A program made the position numbers and the translations under genes. This document shows positions 43,307 to 64,000 of a stretch of DNA of 64,000 nucleotides, piece after piece. Source of the DNA: Amoebidium appalachense (taxonomy: Eukaryota; Protista; Ichthyosporea); the NCBI GenBank assembly GCA_963693365.1, contig CAVNZM010000008.1:2108001-2172000 (forward strand), written 5' to 3'. How positions within the stretch are numbered: the first letter of the stretch is position 1; the number at the start of each line of letters is the position of its first letter. Below the pieces are notes generated by a model. The model worked only from the letters and a program-made list of their open reading frames with translations, was not told where the DNA came from and ran no database searches.

Positions 43307-43380
<74 letters not shown>

Positions 43381-44152
43381 GCACAACTTCGCGAATGCTC
43401 ATTCCCAAAACCTTTTTTTTTCTCTCCTCCACAACCATCCACCGGCATTCGTGTGTGAAGTGCACGTCCATAGTGTAATCACGGCCAGGTTTTCTTTATA
43501 ACTGCATGCCTATAATGGGGTCCCAGCGCCCAAACCCCAATCTCTTATCATCAGTTACATACATGCACGCTCTTTCAAATGCACCCATTCACACACGTGC
43601 CCAAAAGAACATTTCCACTACATCCCACTAGCTCACCCCCCTCACCCTCTCCCCCCTGCCGTCGCTCTATAATGTCACGTTATGATAAACAGGGGGGGGA
43701 GGGGGGTTTCACTCTTTTCTTTCACTGCCTGTGAGTGTGTCTGTTCGTACAGCCCTTGTTGTGACGTCGTGCTAAGGGGTGTATACTTGTAACTGATTCT
43801 GTCTCCTGAGACATGAGAATCCTGCCTTCTCCCCCCAACCGCCTTCTTTCCTCAACACACACATACACATGCCCGCACGTGCACACACGCACAAGACACA
43901 CGCACAAGACACGCGTGCACACATGCACGTCCTCACTCACGCACGCACGCAGCACACACGTACACGCAGACACAAACACACAAACACACATGACGAACAC
44001 ACACACACATCTGCACCCATCCCCCTTCCTTCGGTAGTCCCCCCCCCCCCCCCCCTGGCCCCCTCCTCCTCCTCCCTCCCCTACCACCACCACCATCACC
44101 ACCACCACTACACCCCCAACTGCCTCTTTTATACAGACACGCACAAAGAGAA

Positions 44153-44199
<47 letters not shown>

Positions 44200-44205
44200 T
44201 CTCCC

Positions 44206-44267
<62 letters not shown>

Positions 44268-45020
44268 CCCCCCCAACCCCACTTTCCCCCTCCCCCCCCC
44301 CCCCCCCCCTCCCTCTCTCTCCCTCCCCCTCTCTCTCTCCCGTCCCTCCACCCCACCTTCCTCCATTCATTGCCCTCCTCCTCCCCCCCCCCCCCTCTAT
44401 TCTCCTCATCCACTTACACACCTTTCTTTCCCCTCAGGTTGCAGGTATCCGTACACTCGAACTGATCCAAGACAGGTCCCTCGTAGCCATTGTAGGCCCG
44501 ACACTCTCCCTACCGGCCATAGCCACGCAATATGTGGCCCAGCTATTTCGGGTGCCCCAGATCTCACCCACTGCCACCCTGTCTGTGCTCAGTGATAAGA
44601 CCACCCACCCTACTTTCATGCGCACAAATGGTGGGTTTCACCTTTGTGTTTCACCGTTAACTCCCATGTTTACCCCTCCCCTATCCCTCCCTAAAAAAAA
44701 AAAAAAAAAAAAAAAAGACATGTGCACACACGCACTCATACACAAGCACACGTACGCATGCAAGCACACACACGCAGGCAAGCACACACGCACACAAGCA
44801 TGCACACGCAATGGTGTACGCGCGCGCGCGCACACCCACACACCCACACACACACACACACTTCCACACACAAAACGCGACGCCATTGGGCAGGTTTACA
44901 CAGTGTGCTCCTTTTTACACGTTTACAGACAGACCCGCCCCCCCCCCCCCCCCCCCCCCCAAATTCACCATCATGCCTGCAGTCCTCGTATTTCTGTCCC
45001 CTCATTGTGCATACCTGCCT

Positions 45021-45051
<31 letters not shown>

Positions 45052-46194
45052 CCCCCCTCCCCCCCCCCCCCCCCCCCCCCCCCCTTTCCACACTCCTCCC
45101 CCCACACACACACAGAACGCATGCACCTGCCTGCAAAATCCCCAGTATTTACCTCATCCTGTAAAATGTTGCCTGTGAAATTTAATGTTTGGCTCGTAAG
45201 ATGTTGTTGATCCATCACAAAATCGGAGGACTGTAACAAAATGCTGAACAACGAATCTTAACGTACGAAAGCTTTCTCCCACACACACATTACCGTGCCA
45301 ACATCTGTTTGTGCGAGGGGGGACGAGGGTAGAGGGGGGAGGGGGGAGGGGGAAGGGGAGAAGAGAGGGTGGGGGGGATGATAATATCAACATGGTTGCT
45401 ACAATGTGGGCTTTGGATAAGTCCGCATGTGCACGTGCAAATATGTATCACTAATACACATGAATATGCACTCATAAGGGGCATGCACGTATGCAACACT
45501 AACCCAAACGGATTGGATTAACAGGGGGAGGATATACACACCTTCTGGCCCGGTTTATTCAGGGCATGGGCTGGCGTCAGATAGTCGTTTTGACGCACAT
45601 CACCCACTACAATCTATTAGAGAGCGTGCAATTTGGGCAGCACGCAAGAAAGGCAAAGTTGCGAATCACGCAACAGTTTGATTTTAAGGAAGATACCGTG
45701 GCACAGAAATTGGAGTTGATAAAGACGGGGGATAGCCGAATTGTGGTGCTGTTTGCTGATAGAGCCCCGGCTGTTAAGGTGAAATGAGATGACCCCCTTC
45801 CCCTCGCCTCCCCCTTCCCCCCCCCCCCCCCCCCCCCTACATGCATACTTCAAGTAGGCATGCTTTGCTTTGTTTTCGTAATAGGTGTCAAATTGTGAAA
45901 AGAAGCCGTATTTTGCTGTCTCCCCACCCCTCCCCCCCCCCCCCCCCACACACACACAAAGAAACACTCACGTCATCTCTGTCTCTCTCCCTTTGGGAAG
46001 CAGCCAACTATTGTAGGTTATGGAATTTGTGAGCTTTACGCGACTTCCACTACTTGTTTGGTTTCGTTTTCGTTCTTTGTACCCCCCCCCCCCCCCCCCC
46101 CCCCCCCCGGGCGCCACATGACGGTGCTGCTTGAGTGTCTTCCGGCTGCACAGTTGCTTTTGTTTTGGTTTTTTTTTTTCTTTCATCGCCACCC

Positions 46195-46232
<38 letters not shown>

Positions 46233-48098
46233 CGCCCCTCCCCCCACTCACCCCACCCTACCCCACCCCCGAAGGATTTTTTATAAGACCGTGCTTCCAT
46301 CTTTTCTGTTCCCTAATGCGTGCTGCCCTCCCCTCCCTTCCCCCCCCCCTCCCCCCTTCCCCCCTCCCCCCCCCCCCCATCTGGCTTAAGTAACGTTTTA
46401 TTCCCATCATTCTTGAACACAAACCCTCTTCACACTCTCACATCCATTACTCAAACCCAACTCTTTCAACTCGCCATAATATTCGCCCTGCCATTGGCAC
46501 TAACAGGTTAAACATCATAACAGGTACTGCGCGCTGCCAAGGCCCTAGGGATGGTTGGACCAGGGTGGGAGTGGATAGGCAACGATGGGTGGCTCCGGCA
46601 AGGGGTTAATGATGACGACACCAAACTGTTTGTGGGCACACTGGGGTTAGTCCCAAGACCACCAGCGAACAAGGCATGTACAGTGCACTGGCTCCCCCCC
46701 CCCTCCCTTCCCCTCCTCCTCCTCCTGCTCCTCCCCCCTCCCCCCTCTCCTCCTCGTCCTCCTACCCCCCCATCCTCCCCTCCCCCTCCTCCTCCCCCCC
46801 CCCCCCCCCTCGGGGCCCCCCAATCTCATACGCTATGCTCATTAATTGTTGTTCCTTTGTGGTGTTTGTTTGTAGGGGTTTTCCTTAAAGGTGTTTCTTT
46901 CGTAGGGGGTTTCCTTTTTTGTTGTTTGTGTTGTAAGTTTTTTTCCTTTTGTGTTGTTTGTTGTGCAGGGGCTTTTGGGGTGTTTTGTAAAGGTTTTCGG
47001 CATTTGTTTCATACATCCCTCCTCCCTCCCCCCATCCCCCCATCCCACCTTTTCCCTTATCACGTAAGAACATGGATATGCGAACACCGTGTGCACATGT
47101 GAATATTGCTTGGGCTGTTCGACCTCCCCTCCCCCTCCCCCCTCCTTCGAACTCCCCCCGTTATCACATTTACCCACACGACAAAACGGCCCAACTTGTT
47201 CTTGTTTTTTTCTGTTTGTGAGAAAGAGCCTGGACACCTTGAGTGTCTCTATATATCTCTGTCTCTCTCTGTGTGTGTCTGTGTGTATAGATGTAAGGTG
47301 TCTTTACATATATGTATCTCTCTCTGTGTGTATGAGTATAGATGTTTAGGGTGTCTTATGATATCTCTGTTTCTCACTCTCTCTGTGTGGATATGAGTAT
47401 ACATGCATTGGGAGGTCTGTATACATGTATATCTCTCTCTGTGTGTGTGTGTTTGTGTTGAGCTCTCTCCAACAGCAACATATACAGCTGGAAACAAGTG
47501 CGCTTGGCCCAACCATGCAGCCTAAAATCCATCCCCACCCAATAATTCCATGCTAGCTGCCTAGGCTGCCCAAGAGCACAATTCTTACCCTGTGTCTTTC
47601 CTACAGGAGCTCGAGAGGGCATGGGAAGGAGCAAAGGCAGGTGTCGGCCGGCCAGGAACCGTTTTCAAGCCCTACACCGGGTTTACCGGGGTACCCAAGG
47701 AGATAAATTGGGGTGCCGAGGCTACTTATGATGCCGTTATGGTGGTGGGGCATGCAGTCAACAGCATGATCCAGGGTAAGAAAAACATAACCGACAAGAC
47801 CGAATTCTTGAAGGCTATGAAGACCGTAAGACTGACCGATCACACTGGATTCCCCTATTTGGAATTCGATCAGAGTACGGGAGATCGGATTATTGACTAT
47901 TCGGTGGTAAACGGCCGAACAAACGGTACACTCGTAGAGGTTGGGCACTATAACGTGAAAGAGGGATTTCGTCTCCTATCGGCACCCATATATGGGGGTG
48001 GGGAGGAGGATTTGCCGGTTGATGCTGAAACGTGTAGGGAGAATTACTTTGTGGGGAACGGCACCTGTAGAGATTGTCCCCCTGGCCTTTGCTCCAAG

Positions 48099-48146
<48 letters not shown>

Positions 48147-48378
48147 ACACACACACATTTATTCAGTGGACCTCTCTTCCTCACCCAACCAGGTCCACAG
48201 CCCAGGCCACCTCCGTTTGTGTCGACTCCAGCACACCCCCAAACCCTTGTACAGCGCTTACTCCCTGACTTACGTTTTGCCTTCTACTGACCCACAAACC
48301 CAATATTACATACGCAATCTCGTCCTTCAAAAAGGAACACGGTAGCACCGATATATCATCGTTGTGACCTTTTTCGTG

Positions 48379-48417
<39 letters not shown>

Positions 48418-49227
48418 ACAAACAAACAAACAAATCCCCTTCTCGAAAGGTTACCAGGATGTCTTCTTTCTAATTAGTTCGATGGGTTCTGTTAGGCCCT
48501 TTTTTGTGTATTTGGTTCTGAAATGCTTTGACGTGCTTTCTTCCTAGCATCCTCCCCCTAAGCCTACATACCGTAGCTCCGGTTTGGAACCACACATTTT
48601 TTTATTGCTGTACATGCCATGTGATTGACCACACATTCGTTCTTGTCTCAGGAGGGACTAGAGACCGAGTGTCAACCATGCAAAGTGGAGACAGACCCCT
48701 ACGATGGAGGCCTACGCACCACATTGCAAGCCCTGGGAGCCCTGTCCCTCCTCCTCTCCCTATTGGTTGCCATGTGGACATTTTTACGCAAAGACATGCG
48801 CCTAGTCGAGTCCTCCCTCCCGCCCATTCTCTTCATCGCCATCGCCGGCTGCGCACTCATCTTTTCATATCCAATATTCGTATCCATAAACCCCTCCGAC
48901 CCCATTTGCTACCTTCGTATATGGTCGCGTTATCTAGGAACAGGGATAATTCTCGCGATTTTCACCGTGAAAGTTTGGCCAAGCGCGTCGTTTTTACGTC
49001 GGAGGCGGAAACCCGCGGGGGTTGAACTAAGCACTGGTCCCACCCTCCAGTACACGTGCATCTATGTGGCTGTCTATGTCATCTATTTGAGTTTCTGGTC
49101 GGCACTTCGTGGCCCAAAGGTGGAGACGTTTACTTACACGTACGTCCACCCCCCCCCCCCCCCCCCTCTCTCTCCCCTCCCAAAAACCTCCCAAAAAACA
49201 CGCGCGCGCGCGCGCGCGCACACACAC

Positions 49228-49306
<79 letters not shown>

Positions 49307-50615
49307 TCACTCACTCACTCACTCACTCACTCACTCACTCACTCACTTACCCACTCACTCACTCACTGACTCACTCACTCACACTGTATGTGTATGGTTT
49401 TTACATTTTGTTGTGTTGTCAGTCGCGAATGCGTACTTCGCACCTTGTTGTGTGGCTTTGTTTTTTGTTCAAATCCTTATTGTCGCCCTCTGAAACAAAT
49501 ACGAAAAATTAAGGGGGTCGAAAAACACCAGTACATCATCGTGTGTCCCCTTTTTTATCCTTTAGCTTTAGTCTACAGAGCAGTCTATGGCACCAACCAA
49601 ACTTGATTAAAATCCATAATTTAATATGGGCATTAAATTTAATCCTGCGATGCTGATTGGTTGTGGTGTGCAGGGATGGTGACGTAGTCCGCAGCTACCA
49701 AGAGTGTCACGAGGAGCCACTCTGGCAGTGGGCTGCATGCGGTTTCAGTCTCCTACTGTGGCTGTGGTGTGCCCTACTAGCCTTCAGTGTGCGCCTGTCA
49801 CCCGCATTTTTCTACGAGGCTTTTTTCATCATGTTTGCCGCCCTTTTCGCCGCCGGGGCCTACGCTGTAGCTATCCCCCTGGCTGTAATTTCAGAAAGGA
49901 ATGATAATGTGCCGGGCGTGGCGTATGCGACGCTCGTGGGGGTGTGTCAACATGTGGCCGTTGGGTTGGTGGCCCTGTTCCTTCTTTTCGGGCCAAAGGC
50001 CTGGCAGGTCGAACGTACCCTACGGACCAAAAAGGATGGAACGTTGGACAGAGACGAGCCAAGGGAAAGCGACGCAAAGTCGAATTACAGTCAGGACGGG
50101 TCAGAACCGGCTCAACCCGTTATTGAAGTTGAGCCCGAACCGGAACAACTTATCGCTGATTTGGAGCGAGAAAACGCGGGTTTGCGTGAAAAGGCGGCAC
50201 GGCTACATAACCAATTGCTGGGGTTGGGCAATCCCCACCTAATTACGGCCAGTTCAAGCCCGCGTGAAAAAAAACCTCCGCGAGCCCCACAGCATCGGAA
50301 GAAGGGGGGTCTTTGGCGGATAGTATAACCAACATTCTTGTGAGGGGTGGTAATAGGGTAACAACGAAATCATCCCAACCATCCCCCAAGGATACGTCTC
50401 GAGATAAAAAACAGGCAGTGAAAAGTAAAATCTCAGATATATCAATGGATAGTGCGCTTTTACGGCCGCGTAGCTTATCTGATGGGCTGAAACCTAACCC
50501 CTTAGTGCAAGCTGCCAAAAATGAAGCGGGTAGCAGTAGCAGTATTCAACCTAAGAGGGCAACAATAGCAAAATCGGTAAGTTTGTTTGGAAAACCGAAG
50601 AAAGATAACAAATGA
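41277..50615 (+). CDS. Class C GPCR (signal peptide, Venus-flytrap domain, Cys-rich linker, 7TM_3, coiled-coil tail); 8 exons
   Basis: Exons 41277-41333, 42357-42755, 44438-44630, 45525-45778, 46524-46673 (or 46682), 47607-48098, 48652-49139, 49674-50328 (or 50615 with a -1 shift at A8, 50267-50274). Motifs AAAQIAVDQINENPSILP, AIVGP, VPQISPTAT..LSDK..HPTFMRT, MGWRQI, YDAV, ICYLRIW, FFYEAFFI, LFGPK. Confidence 0.9.
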
Positions 50616-51159
50616 TCAAATCTAGGGCACTTGTAATTTTTTTTTTTATTATTTTTTTTATTTATTATTATTATTTTTTTTTAGGGTTATGATCATGCTG
50701 TTGATTGTATAGACTTTTGGCAAGGAATCGTTTTACATCGTTTTTCCAAGTTCATCTACTGATCCGTCTCTTTAATTTTTTTTTTCACTCTTAGCCTATG
50801 TGTTTCTTTGTCTCATGGCTTTTGTATAGCATTGTTTTCTCTTCAAATTTCCTAGTGAACTTGTAGATTAACGTGATATGTATATTGATGAAGCTTATTG
50901 GTGACTAATATATTGGTCAGTGTCCGAGCTTGTGACGTTTTTTTTGGCTGGTGCTGCCGTAATTATAATCCCAAATTAGCCGGATATGTCGCCTTATCGT
51001 ATCTAATGGCCCCGTGTTCAATAAGAGGCTAGAAAGAAATTACAAGGCTTGGTCCCTGGGGCGTTTTTCTGGTACGTACCACTGATAATGTGTCAATATG
51101 TGGGTGGGATTTCGTCGCCTGATTTTCTTGTATCTGTGTGGGTGTGTGCACGTGCGTGG

Positions 51160-51205
<46 letters not shown>

Positions 51206-51415
51206 ACGGGTGGGTATGGCGCGTGCATGCCCCTGTGTGGGTGTTTCAATTTTCATTTTGTGTGTGTGTGTGTGTTGGGGGGGGGAGGGGGGGAAGAGGG
51301 CAGGGGAGGGGGGGGGGGGGGAGGGGAGGAATGACTCGTAAACAGTATCGATATCCTGTCCGGTGACAAAGCGTGCACATGTATGTGCGTGCGTGTGCTC
51401 GGGTTGTACATATTC

Positions 51416-51459
<44 letters not shown>

Positions 51460-51909
51460 TTCAGGCTCATTCTGTTCCTGGGCTTCATAGATACATATCG
51501 CCCACGGTCGAAAAAAAATGGAAAACGGTTGAGGTGGGTAACTAAACCGACTGAGCCTGTAATACAGACATGGTTTGCGTCTCTGTGTGTTTATCCGTCA
51601 TCTCTCTCTTTCTTAGTCTTTCTTTCTTTCTTTCTTTCCTTTTTTTTTTTTTTTTTTTTTTTGAAAGGGGAATTGGTCCCGACTCCCGATGAGAGGGGTG
51701 GGGGGGTCTGTTTGAAATTATTTGTAAATATATCCGATGTATTCGACTCTCATATTTGCACCCCTCTAAAACGAAAAGCGTTCGGACTCCCCCCGGGCCA
51801 GAAGTCTTCTCGTTTGAGAGTGGTTCTGGGGATTCGTTTCTGGGTTACAAGTAATCTTCGTTCTCTTTTGAGCCTACTTTGAAGTTGTCTTTCTAGTCTA
51901 CGTTAGGAG

Positions 51910-59194
<7,285 letters not shown>

Positions 59195-60227
59195 GGTGTG
59201 CTGGGGGGCAGGGTGTGTGTGTGTGTGTGTGCGGGTGCGGGTATGTGTTTCTTGGGTGGGTGGGTGAAGACGACAGGGAGGGGGAGGGGGGGAGGGGGGG
59301 AGGGGGGATAGCTTGCGCTTTTACGATTTCTCCCCTCTGGAATGGGTGTAGTTCATGTACGCTGGCACTTGGATGTGTTTCTTGTTTTATTGAACGTATC
59401 AAATGAATGAATGACAGAAAAAATTTCTAATGATGCAAATAATGAAATGACATAACGCAATAGGTGAACGAAATTATCAACGGGTCACTGATTTTGAATG
59501 TTGACATGAATACCGTTTCTTGTGTCCGTCGTTGAATCCTGCCGGCCAGGATTAATATCGATCAGTAAACTATACTTGGCAAATGAAATACAACATAATC
59601 GAGGCTCGCCTTATGGTGTCGGGTGGTTAACGTTGTGGCCGACCTGACCGGTGGCCATGAGCTTGTGGTGTCGCAACGGCCGTGTGTGGCAGTAGTGGGA
59701 TATGTGGTGGATACTATTATGTGCTGAAAATGTATATGGCTGTATGTGGTCAATACGTACAAGGCGGTATGTGCTGAATACATATATGGCGGGATGTGCT
59801 GAATACTACGGTATATGGCACTATGTAGTGGTCAATACATTATGTGTATGTAACTTCGATGTCCAACGTCTTTATCGTGTCCAGAAAGCTGTGGCGTGTT
59901 TGGCAGGACACATTTTCGGAATCGTGTGATTACGCGAAAAGACGAATACGATAAAGACACGATATAACTGCGCTGCCAAACACGCCCTTAACGTTGGTTG
60001 GTGGCCGAGTGGGTGTGATTTGAGGAACCCATTATCTGATACGAAAAAAAGTGTAGGTTTGCAGTTCATGATTAGTCACACATCATAAACACGTGTACAC
60101 AGCCAGTGGAGTCAACTTAACAGATCTAGATAACTGATGTGCAATTGCAACGTTGACCGAGTTTCTCTAGAGACACATTTTGCACTGTGATATATCGAGA
60201 GGTTTAGTCTGGAGTCACCACTCGCTC

Positions 60228-60258
<31 letters not shown>

Positions 60259-60329
60259 CCTCCGGTACGTTAGGAGGAGAAGGATGAGGATGAGGAGGAA
60301 GCTAGGGGGTGAAGGGGGGTGAAGGGGAA

Positions 60330-60368
<39 letters not shown>

Positions 60369-61221
60369 AGGGGGGTCGGCATGCATGTACATACGGCAGG
60401 TTAATATCATACCGTATGCCAGTGTTCTTTATTTCATCGCACGTCTGTGTCATGAAGAAAGATATGTAGCAGAAGGCCTTGCAAGGCTTTTGATGAAGAA
60501 GACAGGGTGTGGAATGAACCCTTGGACAGTCGCATATATATTTACTTCTGCCGGTCAGGGTACTAGACAGCAATACTCTATTGTTTAGAAAAATCATCAG
60601 CTTTCGGAATTTTTGAGACATCCCCATGGCACCTTGGTTCTGCGTACAGTACATCATACTTTCATACCGATGCGGGGACTCGGGAGGAGGATGCATTGCC
60701 ATAAACTAAGGATCAGTCATGCTAATGTGAAAGGATCAGTCATGCTAATGTGGGGTGAGGCAAACAGGACAAACAAACAATAAACCCCCCCCTCTCCCCC
60801 TCCCCATCCCAAAATTCCATTCCAACACCGATGACAAAAAGGGAGAAAACGAAAAAGAAAAAAAGGAAGCGAATTAGAATGTATGCACGCCACAACCAAG
60901 GTATCAGCACCATTCAGATCTTTTCGAACGAAACCATCCCAACACACTACGAACCTACCCAGGAGCTATAAGTATATCAGTGCCCTGGTGAACTAAAAGT
61001 CATACTACATGATCTGTCTCACCACCACAAAAAAATTCTCCTCTCCTGACACATATTCGGTATAGAAAAATCACAGGAAGCGTACGGATACATGCAGTCT
61101 CATGCATATAAACCTTCCTAGCATGCAATACATTCGTCTACCAAATTCAACTAATTTGCACATATCTCACACATAAAAATATATCTGCATATATCGACAT
61201 CTATGCATGTACACATTTTTT

Positions 61222-61902
61222 TTACTGCAGAGACATTTTATCTTTGTCCTTATCCTTGTCGCTGCCCACGAGTTTCTTGAAAGCCTTCTTGGTGCTGCTG
61301 GACAGGGATTTACCACCACTGCCAAGCTTGGGGCTGGGGGCCAGCTCCACTGTTGTCTGTATGTATACCCGAGGTTTCATTAGTAACACACCCGAGGTTT
61401 CATTAGGCACAAATTAATTAGTAACACTCGAGGTTTCATTAGCCTAAGGCACAAATTAACTAGTAACACACCTGAGGTTTCATTAGGCGCAAATTAATGA
61501 GTAACACACCCGAGGTTTCAATAGCCCAAGGAACAAATTAATTAGTAACACACCCGAGGTTTCATTAGGCACACTCCCGAGGTTTCAATATTGACACACC
61601 CAAGGTTTCGTTAATAACACACCCGAAGTTTCATTAGCAGCACACCTGAGGATCCGTTAGCCACACACCGGATGTTTCATTACTAAAATACCCGAGGTTT
61701 CATTAGGCACACACCCGAAGTTTCATTTCTTGCACACCCGAGGTTCATCAGTGACACACCAATTGACCAGAGAGATGCACATGCACGTGACCACATGTGT
61801 TGTGAATGCACAATGTCTGTACGCACAGTGCTAGATGCACATGCATGTGAGATTATGTATCTGTGTGCCGGCTCCTTCACTGTGCTCATGCTACATGCAT
61901 CA

Positions 61903-61933
<31 letters not shown>

Positions 61934-62560
61934 CTCCCCTCCGTCCCCACACCCATTACCCCCCTTCCCCCCCCCTCCCCCCCTCCACCCCCTTCCGGTT
62001 CACTTCCTCCTCTCTGATGTACCCAATACACCCATAGGTATTCTGTTTTTCTTATTCCCCTTTGTTCTTTTCATAATTTCTTCTTGTTTTGCGCGTGCGT
62101 GCGCGCCGCCCGTGCATGTGCGTGCGTGCACTCGCCTGCATTACGTTTGTGAGTGTGCGCATGTGCATGCTTGCACGCTCGTGTGTGTGTCTGTGTGTGT
62201 GTACATGTGTGTGCAGGGGGAGTACCCACCCTGACCTCCAAGCCCTCCACGGACTCCTCCTTGTCATCCAGTGCATCCTGTATCTGGTCTTTCTGTGGGC
62301 CAAAAACACAGGTCAGTGGGGTGAGGGTGCAACATGGCAAAAACCGTTGCTTTGCTACTTGTGCCCAGAAACGAAATCAAAATTTAATGTCAATAGGTAT
62401 ATTTCATCCCTTGGATGCTGTAGTGTGCACACGGGACGGCTGCAGGGAAAAGTGTGCCTGTGTGTGAGCGTGTGCATGCGTGCGAGTGCGCATGCATGAG
62501 AGTGCACGTGTGTGTGTGTGTGTGTGTGTGTGCGTGCGTGCGTGGGGGGTGTGTGTTGTG

Positions 62561-62625
<65 letters not shown>

Positions 62626-63384
62626 AGTGTGAGTGCATGCGTGTCTGTGATTCTTTCTACCAATAATGGTGCATTGATGGGGTGGGCACGTACGACAAAG
62701 TTTCCGACTTTAGCCAGGGGCTTGCTGACTGTGCTGGCGGCTGCATTGCCGATGTTGCCCACGGCCCCACCCACACTGCCCATGATCATCACCACCTACA
62801 CATGGAGCTGTCAGCATTTTTGTGTTTTCCCTGATTTATGTACTACATATACATTTTTTTTAATTTTATTTTATCCCGGTTTGTTCCCGGAGGTGCCCCT
62901 AGGAGCCCTCAGGGGGAACTACCGTCTTTCACCCAGAACCGACAGTACTCTAGCTAGGGTGCTACGTGTACTAGATATACACACACCCACACATGCACAG
63001 ACAAACAAACACATGCACAGACACACCCCACGCCCGCCCGCCCGCCAGCCCGCCCGCCCGCCCGCCCGCCCGCCCGCCCGCCCGCCCGCACGCACCGTGC
63101 GCGCGTGTGCGCCCGCATGTGGGAGCAAACACACGCATGCACACACACACATACACACACACACAAACCCACCCACCACCCACCCACCCACCCACCCACC
63201 CACCCACCACCCCCACACACACCCACACCCACCCACCCACACATCCATTCCACCCCATGTATACTCTTTACCTTCTGTATGTCGTTGATCGTTTCATTCT
63301 TGAGCTTGCCCAGGGGGCCCTGTATGGTCTGGCCCTGCCCAAAGAAGTGCTTGAACGACTGGTTGCTGACTTGCTGCAGGCACG
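61222..63384 (-). CDS. 3' part of a spliced hypothetical protein gene (5' part not identified, probably beyond the window)
   Basis: Phase-consistent GT-AG exons 63384-63272, 62795-62694, 62292-62230, 61356-61222 give ...CLQQVSNQSFKHFFGQGQTIQGPLGKLKNETINDIQKVVMIMGSVGG...KKLVGSDKDKDKDKMSLQ*. Family not recognised. Confidence 0.7.
61367..61760. repeat. Minisatellite, about 14 copies of the core ACACACCCGAGGTTTCATTAG (21-44 bp period)
   Basis: Directly visible; it fills the 3' end of the last intron of the minus-strand gene. Confidence 0.9.
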
Positions 63385-63839
63385 CTAAAACCCCCCCACG
63401 CATATGTCAGTGCATTTTCAACCACTGACGGGTGATCACGCTGCATTTTCCGCATTGAAGATCTAAGCCCCCCCTCCTTCTCCCCCCTTCTTCCCCCTCC
63501 CCTTCAGTGTTGGGTAATCCTTCCCCACCCCTCGGGCCACTCCCCAAGCAATCTTCCCCTCTGTGTGCAAAAAAGATACGGAGGTCTAGAGCTGAAACGA
63601 TGCAGGCACCAGCAAGCATGCAGGTGCATGTAAGGGCACTCTGCCCGATGACAACATTATGGTCTCGGTTATGGGTCTTATAAGGGAGGTTGAGAAGAGG
63701 GGAGAAAGGATAATAGACATAGTAAATCTAGGGACTATGTTTATTGGTTTATTAAATATCATTTTTAAGGGGGGTAGGGGAAGGGGGGGAGGGGGTGGTG
63801 GTTCAGCAACTAATTCAGGCACATATAGCGTACGAGATG

Positions 63840-63880
<41 letters not shown>

Positions 63881-64000
63881 ATGTGTGTGTGTGTGTGTGT
63901 ATGTGTGTGCCTGTGTGTGTGTGTGTGTGCACTGCACTGCAGGGCAGGGGATGGGGAGAGGGGGGGGGGGGGGGAGGGACATAAGTGACAAGAAAGGAAT

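Noticed and set aside
46674-46690. GC-AG intron in the GPCR
   Set aside because: An in-phase GT donor (ACA|GTGCAC at 46683) works equally well; this cannot be decided from sequence.
51352-51359. ATATCCTG upstream of TAF4 as a U12 donor
   Set aside because: No TCCTTAAC branch site or AC acceptor downstream.
61367-61760. CRISPR array
   Set aside because: Eukaryotic intron, linkers short and related to each other, no cas genes.

Overview
Eukaryotic genomic DNA. The intron-rich housekeeping genes and the animal-like RabGGT-alpha and class C GPCR suggest a unicellular holozoan such as an ichthyosporean, but this is inference only. Introns are filled with poly-C/poly-G runs and (CA)n/(CT)n microsatellites, so most ORFs in the supplied track are artefacts. 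From left to right: the 5' half of a Ty1/copia element (LTR 1930-2694); a divergent pair of intronless secreted genes (ricin-B-like lectin, GH114 hydrolase); a 5-exon RBR-like E3 ligase that appears to lack the IBR domain and ends in six CCHC zinc knuckles; an intronless 12-domain Kazal inhibitor; an 18-exon RABGGTA containing a U12-type AT-AC intron, a pre-miRNA-like hairpin and a TTAA-flanked MITE; a 2-kb TIR element; an 8-exon class C GPCR; a minimal 8-exon TAF4 hosting tRNA-Leu(CAG); and the 3' end of an unknown gene. The best novelty candidates are a dispersed, covarying structured-RNA repeat whose copies all end at poly-C, the RING1-Rcat-6xCCHC ligase, the AT-AC intron and the intronic hairpin. 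Three single-base deletions in simple repeats suggest residual assembly errors.
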